Source: Tubulanus polymorphus (lineage: Eukaryota; Animalia; Nemertea). From it: a stretch of 64,000 bases of DNA. The position numbers and the translations under genes were made by a program. The notes under the pieces were generated by a model, which saw nothing but the letters and a program-made list of their open reading frames with translations, had not been told where the DNA came from and ran no database searches. Location: the NCBI RefSeq assembly GCF_964204645.1, contig NC_134030.1:19986210-20050209 (forward strand), written 5' to 3'. The first letter of the stretch is position 1; each line of letters starts with the position of its first letter. Below are positions 34,668 through 48,746 of this stretch, in pieces.

Positions 34668-37600
34668 ATGGATCGACTGAGAGCGCTGTTTATAGCGTCG
34701 CTGATCGTCTGGCGAGTTAACATCGCACACGCTGATCTGTCTGACGCTGTGACGGTCAGTTCGTCTTGTAACAACACTTGGTACCCCGTCGATTCTACGT
34801 CCGGTTACATCGTTTCACCGAATTACCCGTCGTTAACGCGCGGTGTTGAATGTCGTTGGTTCGCCAACAACTCTTTACCGGGAACTTTCAACATCGAACT
34901 ATACTACGACATCGAGCCGTCGATATTCTGTAGTGATAACTATCTTCTCGTCGGTGAGTCCGATAACAAATTCTGCGGTGAAGGAAAACATGAAATCCGC
35001 CGTAACGATTCGATGTCGTTGATGTTTAGAAGTAACGTCGATGGTGTGCGGGGTAGTCGGGTTTATATCATATATCGTTTGGAACGGAACAATTTGAAAT
35101 TAATTCACACCTGCGCAAAGTACACTTCAAAAGTCAACAAATTACCAACATCGATAGGATACAAGTTTGCTATGTTGGTATGGAAATGTAAATTGTATTT
35201 GGAATGGATCGGGATCCCGGATGGTTTTGCTATGAATTTCACGTTTTCGCAGATAATATTCGATTTATATCCCGGAACTGATCCAGCGAAAACTGTTCAA
35301 ATTCATGACGGATGGAACAGCAGTGAACTTATTGCTGTAATACCAGAACAAACCGGACAACCACCTTCATCCTTTTATACTAAGACGAACAAAGCTATGA
35401 TTATGCTACTCGGGAGAAACGTACTTACATCACAACTATCAGTTCAGGTGTATAGAATATCTGAATGGAACGTCTCTAATCTGTTAATTCAAATCTCTAA
35501 TAACGAGTCTGGAGTGCTCATTCCCGACGACAACAGTTTACACGTAATAACTCGATCAAAACACTTACACTGCTGGTCTATCACAGTGCAGGTGTTACAG
35601 TTCGTCGTCTTCAACTGGACACGTGATCTCAGCACATCCGGTGACGTCATTGGCGTATATAAACTAGAAGGTTTACGAGTTGTAGGAACTGATATTTTAC
35701 TCGGTTACAACTACCTGGAATCACTGAGTGTTAAATCTGACGGCTTTCTCGTCATACTGTGCGTTTTAATAAAACCAGGTGTTTTACAATCAAATGTGAA
35801 TATTGAATTTGAAGTGAAATCTATTTCCATAAAAGACGCACGAGTGGATAAACACTTGGTGAGTATTGTGCGTTTTAATTTTAAGTTTAGGATTTTATTA
35901 TGTGTGAATTTCTATTATAAGGTTTCATGCGTAGAGTTTTTGTTTTTGTTTTTGTTCTGAGAATAAAATGAAAGTCTTCGAAGCCAACACGAGAAGTTAC
36001 GTGCACTTTTTCATGGAGATCCAGATACTATAACTGCATGTGTAAACGATTATTGGGATGATTTAGGGTGGGTTTGTTTCAACTAAAATATTTTAGTGGG
36101 AAATTTGGATTTTCCACCTGAAGAAGAAATTTCATTTTAGCAAATCTTAAAACACGAATTGCTGCACGTGACAAAATCATTAATCGGAATAGATTTGAAA
36201 ATGTTGCTATGTTATTAATACTTAAAAAACTAATGCTGATTTGTTTTATTTTGTAGATATATGGTAACAGATACAGTTGGCCTGCTCGAAGTCTGTTCCC
36301 GACGACAAAGAAGACAACATTATCGTATCGCATAAATACATTTGAATATAAACGGAAAGTTGATATCTATGAGTATAGATTCAAACTGACAGTTTTATCA
36401 GAGACGTGCGAGAGAGCTGGATTTTATATATATGATGGTGGTAATTTTACAGCTAGACGCTATGGTCCGTATTGTCCTGGTTTACACTACAGTCGTAACG
36501 TCGTCAGTCTGATTACATCAGGAGGACCGGTTACTGTAGTAGCATACGCTTATAACTGGCATAAAAACTTAATTGTTAATGGGGCGTCATATCTATTTTT
36601 CGCCCCTACTGATTGTGACGGGTATGTTCTGCAGGAAGGAGAAAATCAGATCAATATGACGTCACACTGCCTCACGATTACACCTGAAAACCGGCGCCTT
36701 CCTTTAGAAAATATTTATATATTATCAGAATACGAATATCAAATTTACACATGTGTCCGTAGTTCAAATTATTCGTGTCCTCATGTTACTCTTACAACTC
36801 AATTACTGAATAACAGTCTCTTATTGAATCATCTGATGATAAAAGGAAGTAGTTATAGGTTCTGGAGTAATTCACTGATGATTGTACTACGACGTAAATG
36901 TTTGGTGTTGATGATCTATCAAGATTCCCCGGTACTTTCCTCTAATCAAATTGCATACATCCCGCCGAAGCGAGAAAAATGTGGAGTCGCACAATCACCG
37001 AACTATCCTGGATATGATCAACAACGCCGTAAATCAAGTTTGTACTACTCATTTCATTACGACAAACATTTGAATTATTACATCAGATTCCTTTTCAAAT
37101 TTATGGGACACGCCTCGTGCAGCCCTTCTAGTAGTTATACTGTTCGAGATCCGTTATTACTGGTGCAGACTATTTTGAATCCCGGTAGTGACATCATCCT
37201 TATTTGGGGGCTGCGTCGCCACGAGACTAAAATATGTGAAAATAACGCTGTACCTGGACTTGTATTGTACAGTCTACTCGGGTTTGACCTTTACTTTGAA
37301 GCGAAAAACTATATCCCTTTATTTCAAATTCAATACACTTTAGAACAATCGCCTTCACAAACACATCGAAATAATGACTGCGGATCAGATTTTCTAGATT
37401 CAGGTGTTTCGTGTATCAGATACATCAAACATGAACGTCTGAATTGGGAGAAGGCTGAAATTTACTGTCAACAGAAATACGGTGGACATCTTCTCAGTAT
37501 CAACTCTGAACAGGAAATAATTGCTGTAAAAAAACTGTTCGCTACGAAACTTCTTCAGGAGGCGTATTCACAGGCGGCGCTGATTGTGATGATTGGATTG

Positions 37601-40600
37601 AAATTGCAGGTAAAATTGCATTGCTGAATTGCATTGATTGATTGGAGGTAATTTCAAAGTATCGTTATGAACATGTTTACCAACATTCATTTAGTATTGA
37701 ACATGATTTTGAATTTGTTACCAATTCATTCATTCTCTACTAAAAGTCTAGAATCTTTCATATTAATTGAAACAGATTTCTATAAATCAACGTGTAAAAT
37801 GTAACATAATCTTAATTTGATAAACTTAATTCAGACGATTGATATAAGTTAGATATCCAAAAGCTAATCGTCATGAACTATTCTAAACCTTTTTCGATCA
37901 ATGAAACTGAATTTATTTTGAACAGGATGATGGTTATTACACGTGGACTGATGGGAAACCATTGAGCTACACAGAATGGTTTAAACCTTCTATGATTAAC
38001 GAAACGATACCAGAAGTTATTCAAGGATTGATATCTCCTCTACGAAAACAACCGATAAATGACGTCAACATGCCGTGTACGGCGATGATACTGAATAATC
38101 CACGAGGATCAGCGAACTGGGTTCGATTCCCGTGTCAAATAGAGGAGACTCGAACAACTTTCATTTGTGAAAAAGACAAAGATAACTCCTCATCGACTGA
38201 AAATCACAAATTACCTGTTGCAGAAGAAAACTCTACTTATTATTCGGGGATATTGGAATCAGATAACTCCACGTGTTTAAAGGGATGGATTGGTATAGAA
38301 GGACATTGCTATCAGATACTTACAGCCTGGGATACTCACAGATTGTCGATTCCGGAAGCTGAGGAAATGTGTCTTAAAATCGGTGGTGAAATAGGTATAG
38401 TATCCAATGATGTTATAATTCAGCATTTGATTCAAATATTTCATTATGAACATCAATATGGTGCTATACTGGCGAAGGCTACGGATAGTGAATTTCTTGC
38501 TCTGAATCCAGTTTTGACCAGAGATGAAATAACATATAAAAAAACGGTGAAATGGTCAGTGACTGCCTTTGATAATGTCGCAGATGTAGCGCATTCAGTG
38601 CTATGTTCCTATAATGTAACTGATGAAGAGTTGACTTCTATAAAAAGGTGTAAATCGTGGCAATTTGAATGTAACGATCAAAGATGTATCAGCGATCATC
38701 GCGTATGTGATACCAGAAACGACTGTCAACACGGTGAAGATGAACTCGATTGTTCGGATTCAAACTGGCGCAGTCAGTTCCACTGTACTGATGGAAGAGT
38801 TATATCAGTGAGTAATTTGTGTGATTTTGTACGAGATTGCGCTGACGGATCTGATGAGAACTCGTGCTATCATACTTCATGTTCCTCTGAACAGTTTAAG
38901 TGTAGCAATGGACAATGTGTGGGTTTATATAATCGATGTGATGGACTGGTTGATTGTAAAGATAAATCTGATGAGATCGGCTGCTCTTCAGATGAATGTA
39001 ACGGGTTTCTGTGTGTAAATGGTGAATGTATCAGTTCTCTGTTGTATCGGGATGGTGTTGTAGATTGTGCTGGTAGCCTCGAAGAAGATGAGATTGTCGT
39101 CAACATAACAGTTACACCAAAGATTCACTGTACTACAAAGAACTACTGTACGACTAATTTCACAAACTTATGTAAGAAATCCGATGAACAAAGATGTTCT
39201 TTCGATTCTCCTCACTGTTATTCTAGACGTCATAGATGTATTTTAGAAAGGAGGCCGATTGGTTACCCGGTATGTAGAAGGCTCGAACATATACAAGGTT
39301 GTACTGATTTCAAATGTCCAGCTGGTGCTGCAAAATGTCCAGCATCTTACTGCATACCGATGGGACAGGTGTGCGATGGTCGATCCGATTGTCCTAACTC
39401 AGAAGATGAGCGAAACTGCAAGACTTTGTCGTGTCCCGGCATGTTTAAATGTGGCCATGAAAACCGATGCATACCTCAACCTGAAGTTTGTGATGGTGTC
39501 GTCAATTGTAAACATACCACTGATGACGAAGCTTTCTGTGACGTCATATGTCCAAAGGAATGTAAATGTCAAGGTCATTTGATTGATTGCGATCATGCTG
39601 ATTTCGAAGAAATTACTGATCTTTTCTCGGCATCAACTCGAGTTCTGATTTTATCAAGAAACCGAGTTGTATTCAATGAGTCCACATTTTCTTCGTACCT
39701 CTATCTACATTTCCTTAATATTTCACGTAACAATTTGTCTTATATTGTTCCAAACTCGTTCTCAAACCTGCATAATCTACATACATTAGATCTAGCTTAT
39801 AACCGCATAATATCATTTTCCGCGAATACATTCGCCGGTTTGTATAGTTTGAAAATGCTTTTGATTTTTGGAAATTCAGTGAGATATTTAGAAGAAGGCG
39901 GTTTTCATGGTTTAAAGTCATTAAGCGATCTCGATCTTCACGGACTTTCCTTGTCGTTACTCGGTGGAAATGTGTTCCGTGGTTTATCAGCTTTAGAGTC
40001 GTTAAATATCAGCGGTAACGTGATCAAAGATATTTCACCAAATGCGTTCGCCGGATTAACAAAACTAAGAAATCTGGATCTAACCAAAAATTCTGAAGTC
40101 ATATCCGTACAAAGAAACGTTTTTGACAGTCTTACATTATTGAGTTCTTTGGCTTCTGACGCGTACAAATTTTGTTGCATGGTTCCGAATGTTGACCAGT
40201 GTCTCCCGGAAGCCGACCAATTTTCATCTTGTTCCGACCTGATGGGTAACACTGTTCTTAGAGCAATCATTTGGGCGATCGCTTCATTCAGCTTTTTTGC
40301 CAACATCATCGTAATTTTACTTCGCGTTCAAGCGTTACGCATTTCATCCTCTGAATCACGTAACACATCCTCTGATATCCTCATCATTAATATTGCCACC
40401 TGCGATTTTCTCATGTCAATTTATCTTTTTCTGATCGCTGGAGCCGATTACGTCTATAAAGGTGTTTATTTCCTCAATTCTGAAATGTGGACAGATAGTT
40501 CACTGTGTCGACTCGCTGGGATTTTAGTAACTCTTTCGTGCGAAGGGTCTTTGCTTTTTCTCCTGATTCTAACCCGTCAAAGATACTCGAATATCGTCGA

Positions 40601-41156
40601 TCCATTTTCTGGAAGCCCAATTATATCATCGACATATGTGTTCGGTATTTGCTGTATATGCTGGATCATTTTGGGCAACATTTCAATGCTACCGTTGTCG
40701 TCATCTTCTTATTTCGGACATAACTTTTACGGCACAACTGGTGTTTGTTTACCTATGAATTTACTATCCATCGATGTCCACGCCTGGCAATATTCATTCG
40801 CTATTTTTGCCGTGTTTAACTCGGTCGTACTTGCTACAATAATGATGACGTATGCACAGATGTATAGACTCGTATCTGGAAGCAGGTCCGGCTCGGGTAG
40901 AGCAGATCCTACCGAATTGGTTCTGGCGCGTAGGAGTTTAGTGATAATTCTGTGTAATTTATTTTGCTGGTTACCGATAATTATCGTTCAGTTTTGCGCT
41001 GTATTGCGAGTAGAAATACCGAACCAAGTGGCGGCTTGGTTGGCGGTTCTTTTCCTACCGATCAACTCGTCACTGAATCCACTTCTTTACACCATCCTCA
41101 CTATTGATATTAAATCTATTCGGGCCAGAAATAAACGCGTTTTGAAAACTCGCTGA
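34668..41156 (+). CDS. GRL101-like CUB/CTL/LDLa/LRR GPCR, copy B; exons 34668-35858, 36257-37609, 37926-41156
   Basis: Paralog of 21680-28137 with conserved phase-0 introns and open frames throughout. Confidence 0.9.
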
Positions 41157-42565
41157 ACCATTCGACAGTCAAACCCTGACTATGCACTCTAATCAGAATG
41201 CTGCGAAATCTTTTCAGATGAAATATATTTAATTACATAAACACATACGTAGCAAACGTGTGGACTCGGAAACGAACTGATACTTGCTTATACGTTCCAA
41301 TAAATAAAAAAACTGACGACACTTCAAGATAATATCGCAAAGTAATGAAATCATCGAATGGGTTTCGAATCGTGTCCAGAAATACGATGTAGCGATAAGA
41401 ATACACGCTAGGAGAGCTGTATAATGTCATCTAATGTAAATGAGTTGTAACACCGATTATCCCGCCAGTTAATTACGTTTATTTCATATCAGGATGATTT
41501 AGAAATTATGTTCAGTTAAAATAAAAGTGCCTAATAGTGGTACATGCAGATGGTATCGCCGTATTCAAGGTTAGAACGAATTAGGGAATCTTAGGCTTTG
41601 GTTTTCGTATCCCTCTTCTGGTGTTCCGTAGATTACGTCACAGGAAACCAAGCATGTTAGACGCCTTCTTTGATATGCGGTCGATATGGGATTTATACGA
41701 GAGATCATGATGGAGGTCCACTGCTAGGTAAAGTTGTGGTCTTTTCAAAGTTCAATTTAACGGTATTTCCACTTTGCTTTTGCAAGAAGAATACCTTAAT
41801 CAAATTGGTTTTTTTTCGTGATATTTGAAGGGCACTTTATTTTGATGGGTGGGGTCCAACAACCGAACCATTCACCCTCCATCCACCCGAGTGTAATCAA
41901 CATAAACAATGGCTGATAAAGGAAAACGAAAACAAGTTTATGAGAATTGATAGTTCATTACTGAGAGCAAAATTCTGAATAAACTGATTCACAATATATA
42001 TACAGCAACTTAAATTTATAAAATAACATATTTGAAACGTCGCACGGAGAGCATGTGTGACAGACAGTGTAAGCGGTTGCGGTACCAGGGTTTAGGAAAG
42101 TACGGGAGGGCTAAATTTTCTGCTAAATGTGAAAGAAAACTAAGAATAGAAATATTCGAGAAATGATTATGTACATGTATGTTATGTTCAGAAATAAACA
42201 TTTAAGTGTTTCGGTGAGGTCGATATGCATCTGCCGTGAATTCTGAAAATTGCTTTCAGCTTATATGTATTTACTACCTGGGGATTTAGAGTGGACAATT
42301 TCATTTTCTCTAAATGGTCGATACCGCACGCAGCATTAGATTCTTCTTTTTTTGTACATATAGAAACTCGGAAGCGTTAACAAGACAAGGCTTTCAACAA
42401 ATAATTTCAACGCGCAAATGAATGCGTGGCGAGGTGGTGAAATATGAATGATGAATGCAGTGTTGGTTTCATCAATGCCTCCAATTCCTCAACTATTCAG
42501 TACAACTTAGTTTGATAATCTTGGATTAAACTGATGCGGAATACATCTAGATTTACCGCCGAACT

Positions 42566-43543
42566 ATGACGACAAGCGACAACGTTTCGGCGGGTGACAC
42601 ACATGAATGCCTAACACCGGACTTTCAGCAGAGGATGATAGATCGGCTGCTGATTCAAAGATATATCGGAACTGTTATCTGCGTGTCGGGAATCGTATTC
42701 AACGCGATAAGTTTCGTCGCGTTAACGCGCATGAAGTCGTCCTGCGTGAACACGTACCACCTGCTCAGAATATTAGCGGTCGTGGATTCGATTTATCTGG
42801 TCGCGTTATTTTGCTTCACATCCTTGAAGGAATACGTATCGTTGTGGACGTACGGCTTGGAAAAATTCCGATATTTGAAATATTTTTACGGAGTGTCGGC
42901 GGTGTTTACTGTGTACTGTGACGGACTTCAGCACACGGCGAAGATGCATCGGAACTCGCTAATCATTCTGATCAGTGTTGAGCGATTGATTCAATTGTCG
43001 TCTCCGTTGTGGGCCCGAGTACATCTTACTCAGCGCAAATGTGATATAATAGTGATCTGTCTATACGTCTTTAGCGCTGCAAGTCAAAGCTATCGTTGGC
43101 AACTAAATCGTGTGATCTTTGTATTCAATAGTTGCCCGATATTTGGCAGAACGATGCGCCGAGTTAGTCTTGACGGACCGCGATATGGCACACTTTTGAA
43201 CTTCAGTACTATCATTTGCCTGCCGTTTTTAATCCTATGTTTGACGAATGCAGCTTTGATAAGAAGTTTGATAATATCGGCCAAAAGAAGATCTGCATTC
43301 ACAACTAGTCAGAGTGCGAAACACGACATCCAAACAACGATGCTAGCACTGATGTCAGTAGGTTCATATCTGATTTTGGAAGCTCCTATCGGTATAAATC
43401 GTGTTTTGGATTATTTAAGACAACCGACTTATTTCAATTTGAGCGGCCATTTGTTTTCTCAAATTGACTCGTGCGCTAATTTCTTTCTGTATTGCATTGC
43501 GAGTTCAAAGTTTAGAAAGGCTTTAAACTGTATTCGGACTTAA
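42566..43543 (+). CDS. Intronless class A (rhodopsin-like) GPCR, peptide/FMRFamide-receptor-like, copy 1
   Basis: GIVFN (TM1), LAVVD (TM2), SVERL (TM3), CLPF (TM5), EAP (TM6), DSCANFFLYCIASSKFR (TM7/H8). Confidence 0.9.
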   Translation: MTTSDNVSAGDTHECLTPDFQQRMIDRLLIQRYIGTVICVSGIVFNAISFVALTRMKSSCVNTYHLLRILAVVDSIYLVALFCFTSLKEYVSLWTYGLEKFRYLKYFYGVSAVFTVYCDGLQHTAKMHRNSLIILISVERLIQLSSPLWARVHLTQRKCDIIVICLYVFSAASQSYRWQLNRVIFVFNSCPIFGRTMRRVSLDGPRYGTLLNFSTIICLPFLILCLTNAALIRSLIISAKRRSAFTTSQSAKHDIQTTMLALMSVGSYLILEAPIGINRVLDYLRQPTYFNLSGHLFSQIDSCANFFLYCIASSKFRKALNCIRT

Positions 43544-44359
43544 ATGATGTAAGACAGCAATCAAACTGCTAGGAACTTTCCCCTCTATTATAACTTCGCA
43601 TTCGACGTTTTTCATCCAGTCTTTTATCGTCCAGTCTTCATATGTATTCAGTATATCAAGATATCGATCTATTTCTAATTGATAAACAACTACAAACACC
43701 AGACATTAGACATGTTTTCAGCGCACTTCCAAAAACTGATCGTCCACACTTCACGTGTGATCAGTGCTTCACCTGAGACATTGCTAATTGAAAACTGCAA
43801 ACACCAAATATCATAAATCTAACTTACAAAAACAGATCGTCCACATTTCAATGTATTCAGAAATTCACCTGAGACATTTTATCAGTACACTTTCAAAAAC
43901 ATATCGTACACACTTAACATTGTCCAGTGCCTCACCCGAGACATTTCACTTGAAGATCGACTACAGATACCCAATTCCAAAATGGCTACCATCGGTTCGT
44001 GAAAGATTCCTAGATTACATCAGGGCATATCTTGGTACTATGCTACGTTCTGTAATTAATTGTAAATTTCCCGCAACGTTTGCCGGGCAGGGCATCCGAA
44101 AACGAAAAAGCCTCGTCGATAAAGGATTTTCTACATCCACATCGGTACGTCACTCTGTCACGAGCTGACAATTCTGTGACGGTGCGCAGAATAATCAAAG
44201 AAGAAGAGATACGTGTTCACACCCTCAGGGCAAGACCAGTTCGGCTTCCGTGGCGGTAACAGGGTGCAAACCACGCCGACATAGCCCGGTTCCATCACTG
44301 GGATGTTAGATTGTACCTGGGATTGGGGTCCCCTTAGAAGGTCATGTTTGACAACCCGC

Positions 44360-44555
44360 TTGACTTAAGACTGTTCGTCGATGTAAAGTAGGAAAGAAAC
44401 TTTAGACTGTGGGGAGAGCGTGGCATGACTTTCGCTGGTTTCAAATAGTCCGCTGAATTAATGCCTACTATGATGGATTATCTTGAAGAAAATTGTCAGC
44501 TGATGTTTGTAACGGCGTGACCGTAGGGTTTCCCATGTCAGTTCATGAATCGTGT
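44360..44555 (-). mobile_element. LINE 3'-end fragment (L2/CR1-like ORF2 C-terminus)
   Basis: ELTWETLRSRRYKHQLTIFFKIIH. A longer copy at ~47340-47625 adds SSFYPRSTPLWNSLPATVAEA. Confidence 0.6.
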
Positions 44556-45626
44556 CATATACACACACTGCTGGTGTTGTGATATTTGTTAATTGCAAAT
44601 CGCAACGGCCTTCGTTGAACCATTTCGACTTTGTTGGCGAGTTGTTGGTGGGGGTTCCAGATGGTATCGCAGTATTCAAGGTTAGAACGAATAAGGGAAT
44701 TAAAGGCTTTGGTTTTCGTATCCCTCTTCTGGTGTTCCGTAGATTACGTCACAGGAAACAAGCATGTTAGACGCCTTCTTTTGATATGCGTTCGATATAG
44801 GATTTCCACGAGAGATCATGATGGAGGTCCACTGCTAGGTATGTTGCGGTCTTTTAAAGTTTCAATTTAACGGTATTGCCACTTTTCTTTTGCAAGAAGA
44901 ACTCATTAATCAAATTGTTTTTTTCGTGATATTTGAAGGGCACTTTATTTTCATGGGTGGGGTCCAACAACCGAACCATTCACCCTCATCCACCCGAGTG
45001 TAATCTACATAAACAATGGCTGATAAAAAAAACGAAAACAAGTTTATGAGAATTCATAGTTAATTACTGGAAGCAAAATCCTGAATAAATTGATTCACAA
45101 TATATACAGCAACTTATTATTAATAAAATATCATATTCGAAACGTCGCACGGAGAGCATGTGTGACAGACAGTGTAAGCGGTACCAGAACGTGAAAGAAA
45201 ACTAAGAATGAAAATATACGAGTGATGTTTATGTCCATGTATATTATGTTCAGCTATAAACATTTAAGTGTTTCGGTGAGGTCGATATGCATCTGCCGTG
45301 AAGTCTGAAAATTGCTTTCAGCTTATATGTATTTACTACCTGGGGATTTAGAGTGGACAATTTCATTTTCTCTAAATGGTCGATACCGCACGCAGCATTA
45401 GATTCTTCTTTTTGTTACATATAGAAACTCAGAAGCGTTAACAAGACAAGGCTTTCAACAAATAATTTCAACGCGCAAATGAATGTGTGGCGAGGTGGTG
45501 AAATATGAATGATGAATGCAGGGATGGTTTCATCAATGCTTCCAATTCCTCAACTATTCATTACAACTTAGTTTGATAATCTTGGATAAAACTGATGCGG
45601 AATACATCTAGATTTACCGCCGAACT

Positions 45627-46601
45627 ATGACGAGCGACAACGTTTCGGTGGGTGACACACATGAATGCCTAACACCGGACTTTCAGCAGAGGATGATAGA
45701 TCGGCTGCTGATTCAAGGATATATCGGAACTGTTATCTGCGTGTCGGGAATCGTATTCAACGCGATAAGTTTCTTCGCATTAACGCGCATGAAGTCGTCC
45801 TGCGTGAACACGTACCACCTGCTCGGAATATTAGCGGTCGTGGATTCGATTTATCTGGTCGCGTTATTTTGCTTCACATCCGTGAAGGAATACGTATCGT
45901 TGTGGACGTACGGCTTGGAAAAATTCCGATATTTGAAATATTTTTACGGAGTGTCGGCGGTGTTTACTGTGTACTGTGACGGACTTCAGCACACGGCGAA
46001 GATGCAACGGAACTCGCTAATCATTCTGATCAGTGTTGAGCGATTGATTCAATTGTCGTTCCCGTTGTGGGCCCGAGTACATCTTACTCCGCGCAAATGT
46101 AATATAATAGTTATCTGTCTATTCGTCTTTAGCGCCGCAAGTCAAAGCTATCGCTGGCAACTAAATCGTGTGATCTTTGTATTCAATAGTTGCCCGATAT
46201 TTGGCAGAACGATGCGTCGAGTTAGTCTTGATGGACCGCGTTATACTTCGCTTTTGAACTTTAGTACTATCATTTGCCTGCCGTTTTTAATCCTATGTTT
46301 GACGAATGCAGCTTTGATAAGAAGTTTGATCATATCGACCAAAAGAAGATCTGCATTCACAACTAGTCAGAATGCGAAGCATGACATCCAAACAACGATG
46401 CTAGCACTGATGTCAGTAGGTTCATATCTGATTTTGGAAGCTCCTATCGGTATAAATCGTGTTTTAGTTTTTTTAAAGCAACCGAATTATTTCAATTTGA
46501 GCGGCCATTTGTTTTCTCAAATTGACTCGTGCGCTAATTTCTTTCTGTATTGCATTGCGAGTTCAAAGTTTAGAAAGTCTTTAAACTGTATTCGGACTTA
46601 A
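45627..46601 (+). CDS. Intronless class A GPCR, copy 2
   Basis: Near-identical paralog of 42566-43543. Confidence 0.9.
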   Translation: MTSDNVSVGDTHECLTPDFQQRMIDRLLIQGYIGTVICVSGIVFNAISFFALTRMKSSCVNTYHLLGILAVVDSIYLVALFCFTSVKEYVSLWTYGLEKFRYLKYFYGVSAVFTVYCDGLQHTAKMQRNSLIILISVERLIQLSFPLWARVHLTPRKCNIIVICLFVFSAASQSYRWQLNRVIFVFNSCPIFGRTMRRVSLDGPRYTSLLNFSTIICLPFLILCLTNAALIRSLIISTKRRSAFTTSQNAKHDIQTTMLALMSVGSYLILEAPIGINRVLVFLKQPNYFNLSGHLFSQIDSCANFFLYCIASSKFRKSLNCIRT

Positions 46602-48746
46602 ATGATGTAAGACAGCAATCAAACTGCTTGGAACTTTCCCCACTATTATAACTTTGCATTCGACGTTTTTCAACCAGTCTTTTATCGTCCAGTCTTTACA
46701 TTTATTCAGTATATCAAGATATCGATCTTTTTCTGATTGAAAATGAACTACAAACACCAGACATTAGACATGTTTTCAGCGCACTTCCAAAAACTGATCG
46801 CCCACACTTCACGTGTGATCAGAGCTTTACCTGAGACATTTTTAATTGAAAACTGCAAACACCAAATATTATAAATCTAACTTACAAAAACCAGATCGTC
46901 CACATTTCAATATGTTCAGAAATTCACCTGAGACATTTTATCAGTACACTTTCAAAAACAGATCGTACACACTTAACATTGTTCAGTGCCTCACCCGAAA
47001 CATTTCACTTGAAGATCGACTACAGACACCCAATTCCAAAATGGCTACCATCGGTTCGTGAAAGATTCCTAGATTACACGAGGGCATATCTTGATACTAT
47101 GCTACGTTCTGTAATTAATTGTAAATTTCCCGCAATGTTGGCCAGGCAGGGCATCCGAAAACAAAAAAGCCTCATCTGAGCTCACACCCTCAGGGCAAGA
47201 CCAGTTCGGCTTCCGTGGCAGTGACAGGGTGGAAAACCCCGACGACATAGCCCGAGTCCATCACTGGGATGCTAGATTGTACCTGGGATTGGGGTTCCCT
47301 TAGAAGATCATGTTTGACAATCCGCTCTAAAGGACGCCAAAAGAGTGAGCCTCAGCGACTGTGGCTGGTAATGAATTCCAAAGTGGTGTACTACGAGGAT
47401 AAAAGCTGGACTTAAGACTGTTCGTCGATGTAGAGAAGGGTAGAAACTTGAGACTGTGGGGAGGGCGTGACATGACTTTCGCTGGTTTCAAATAGTCCGC
47501 TTAATCAACGTCAACTAAATGATGGATTATCTTGAAGAAAATTGTCAGCTGATGTTTGTAACGACGTGACTGTAGGGTTTGCCATGTCAGTTCATGAATT
47601 GTGTCAGACACACCTTGGAGTAAGGACACACACACTGCTGGTGTTGCGATATTTGTTAATCGCAAATCGCACCGCCCTTCATTAAACCATCTCGACTTTG
47701 TTGGCGAGTGATGCGTGGTGGGGGTTCCAGATGGTATCGCAGTATTCAAGGTTAGAACGAATTAGGGAATTAAAGGCTTTGGTTTTCGTATCCCTCTTCT
47801 GGTGTTCCGTAGATTACGTCACAGGAAACCAAGCATGTTAGACGCCTTCTTTGATATGCGGTCGATATGGGATTTATACGAGAGATCATGATGGAGGTCC
47901 ACTGCTAGGTAAAGTTGTGGTCTTTTCAAAGTTCAATTTAACGGTATTTCCACTTTGCTTTTGCAAGAAGAATACCTTAATCAAATTGTTTTTTTTTCGT
48001 GATATTTGAAGGGCACTTTATTTTGATGGGTGGGGTCCAACAACCGAACCATTCACCCTCCATCCACCCGATTGTAATCTACATAAACAATGGCTGATAA
48101 AGGAAAACGAAAACAAGTTTATGAGAATTGATAGTTCATTACTGAGAGCAAAATTCTGAGTAAACTGATTCACAATATATACAGCAACTTATTATTTACA
48201 AAATAACATATTTGCTACGTCGCACGGAGAGCATGTGTGACAGACAGTGTAAGCGGTTGCGGTACCAGGGTTTAGGAAAGTACGGGAGGGCTAAATTTTC
48301 TGCTAAATGTGAAAGAAAACTAAGAATAGAAATATTCGAGAGATGATTATGTACATGTATATTATGTTCAGAAATAAACATTTAAGTGTTTCGGTGAGGT
48401 CGATATGCATCTGCCGTGAATTCTGAAAATTGCTTTCAGCTTATATGTATTTACTACCTGGGGATTTAGAGTGGACAATTTCATTTTCTCTAAATGGTCG
48501 ATACCGCACGCAGCATTAGATTCTTCTTTTTTTTGTACATATAGAAACTCGGAAGCGTTAACAAGACCAGGCTTTCAACAAATAATTTCAACGCGCAAAT
48601 GAATGTGTGGCGAGGTGGTGAAATATAAATGATGAATGCAGTGACGGTTTCATCAATGCTTCCAATTCCTCAACTATTCATTACAACTTAGTTTGATAAT
48701 CTTGGATAAAACTGATGCGGAATACATCTAGATTTACCGCCGAACT

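Larger units (their letters stand above)
29278..41546 (+). repeat. Segmental tandem duplication unit B (no Polinton)
   Basis: Colinear with unit A, including the empty Polinton target site. Confidence 0.9.

Noticed and set aside
29278-41546. Units A/B/C as a pure assembly artefact
   Set aside because: The copies differ by many substitutions, in-frame indels, a 17-kb insertion and different downstream neighbours. Real paralogy is more likely, although long-read confirmation is still advisable.
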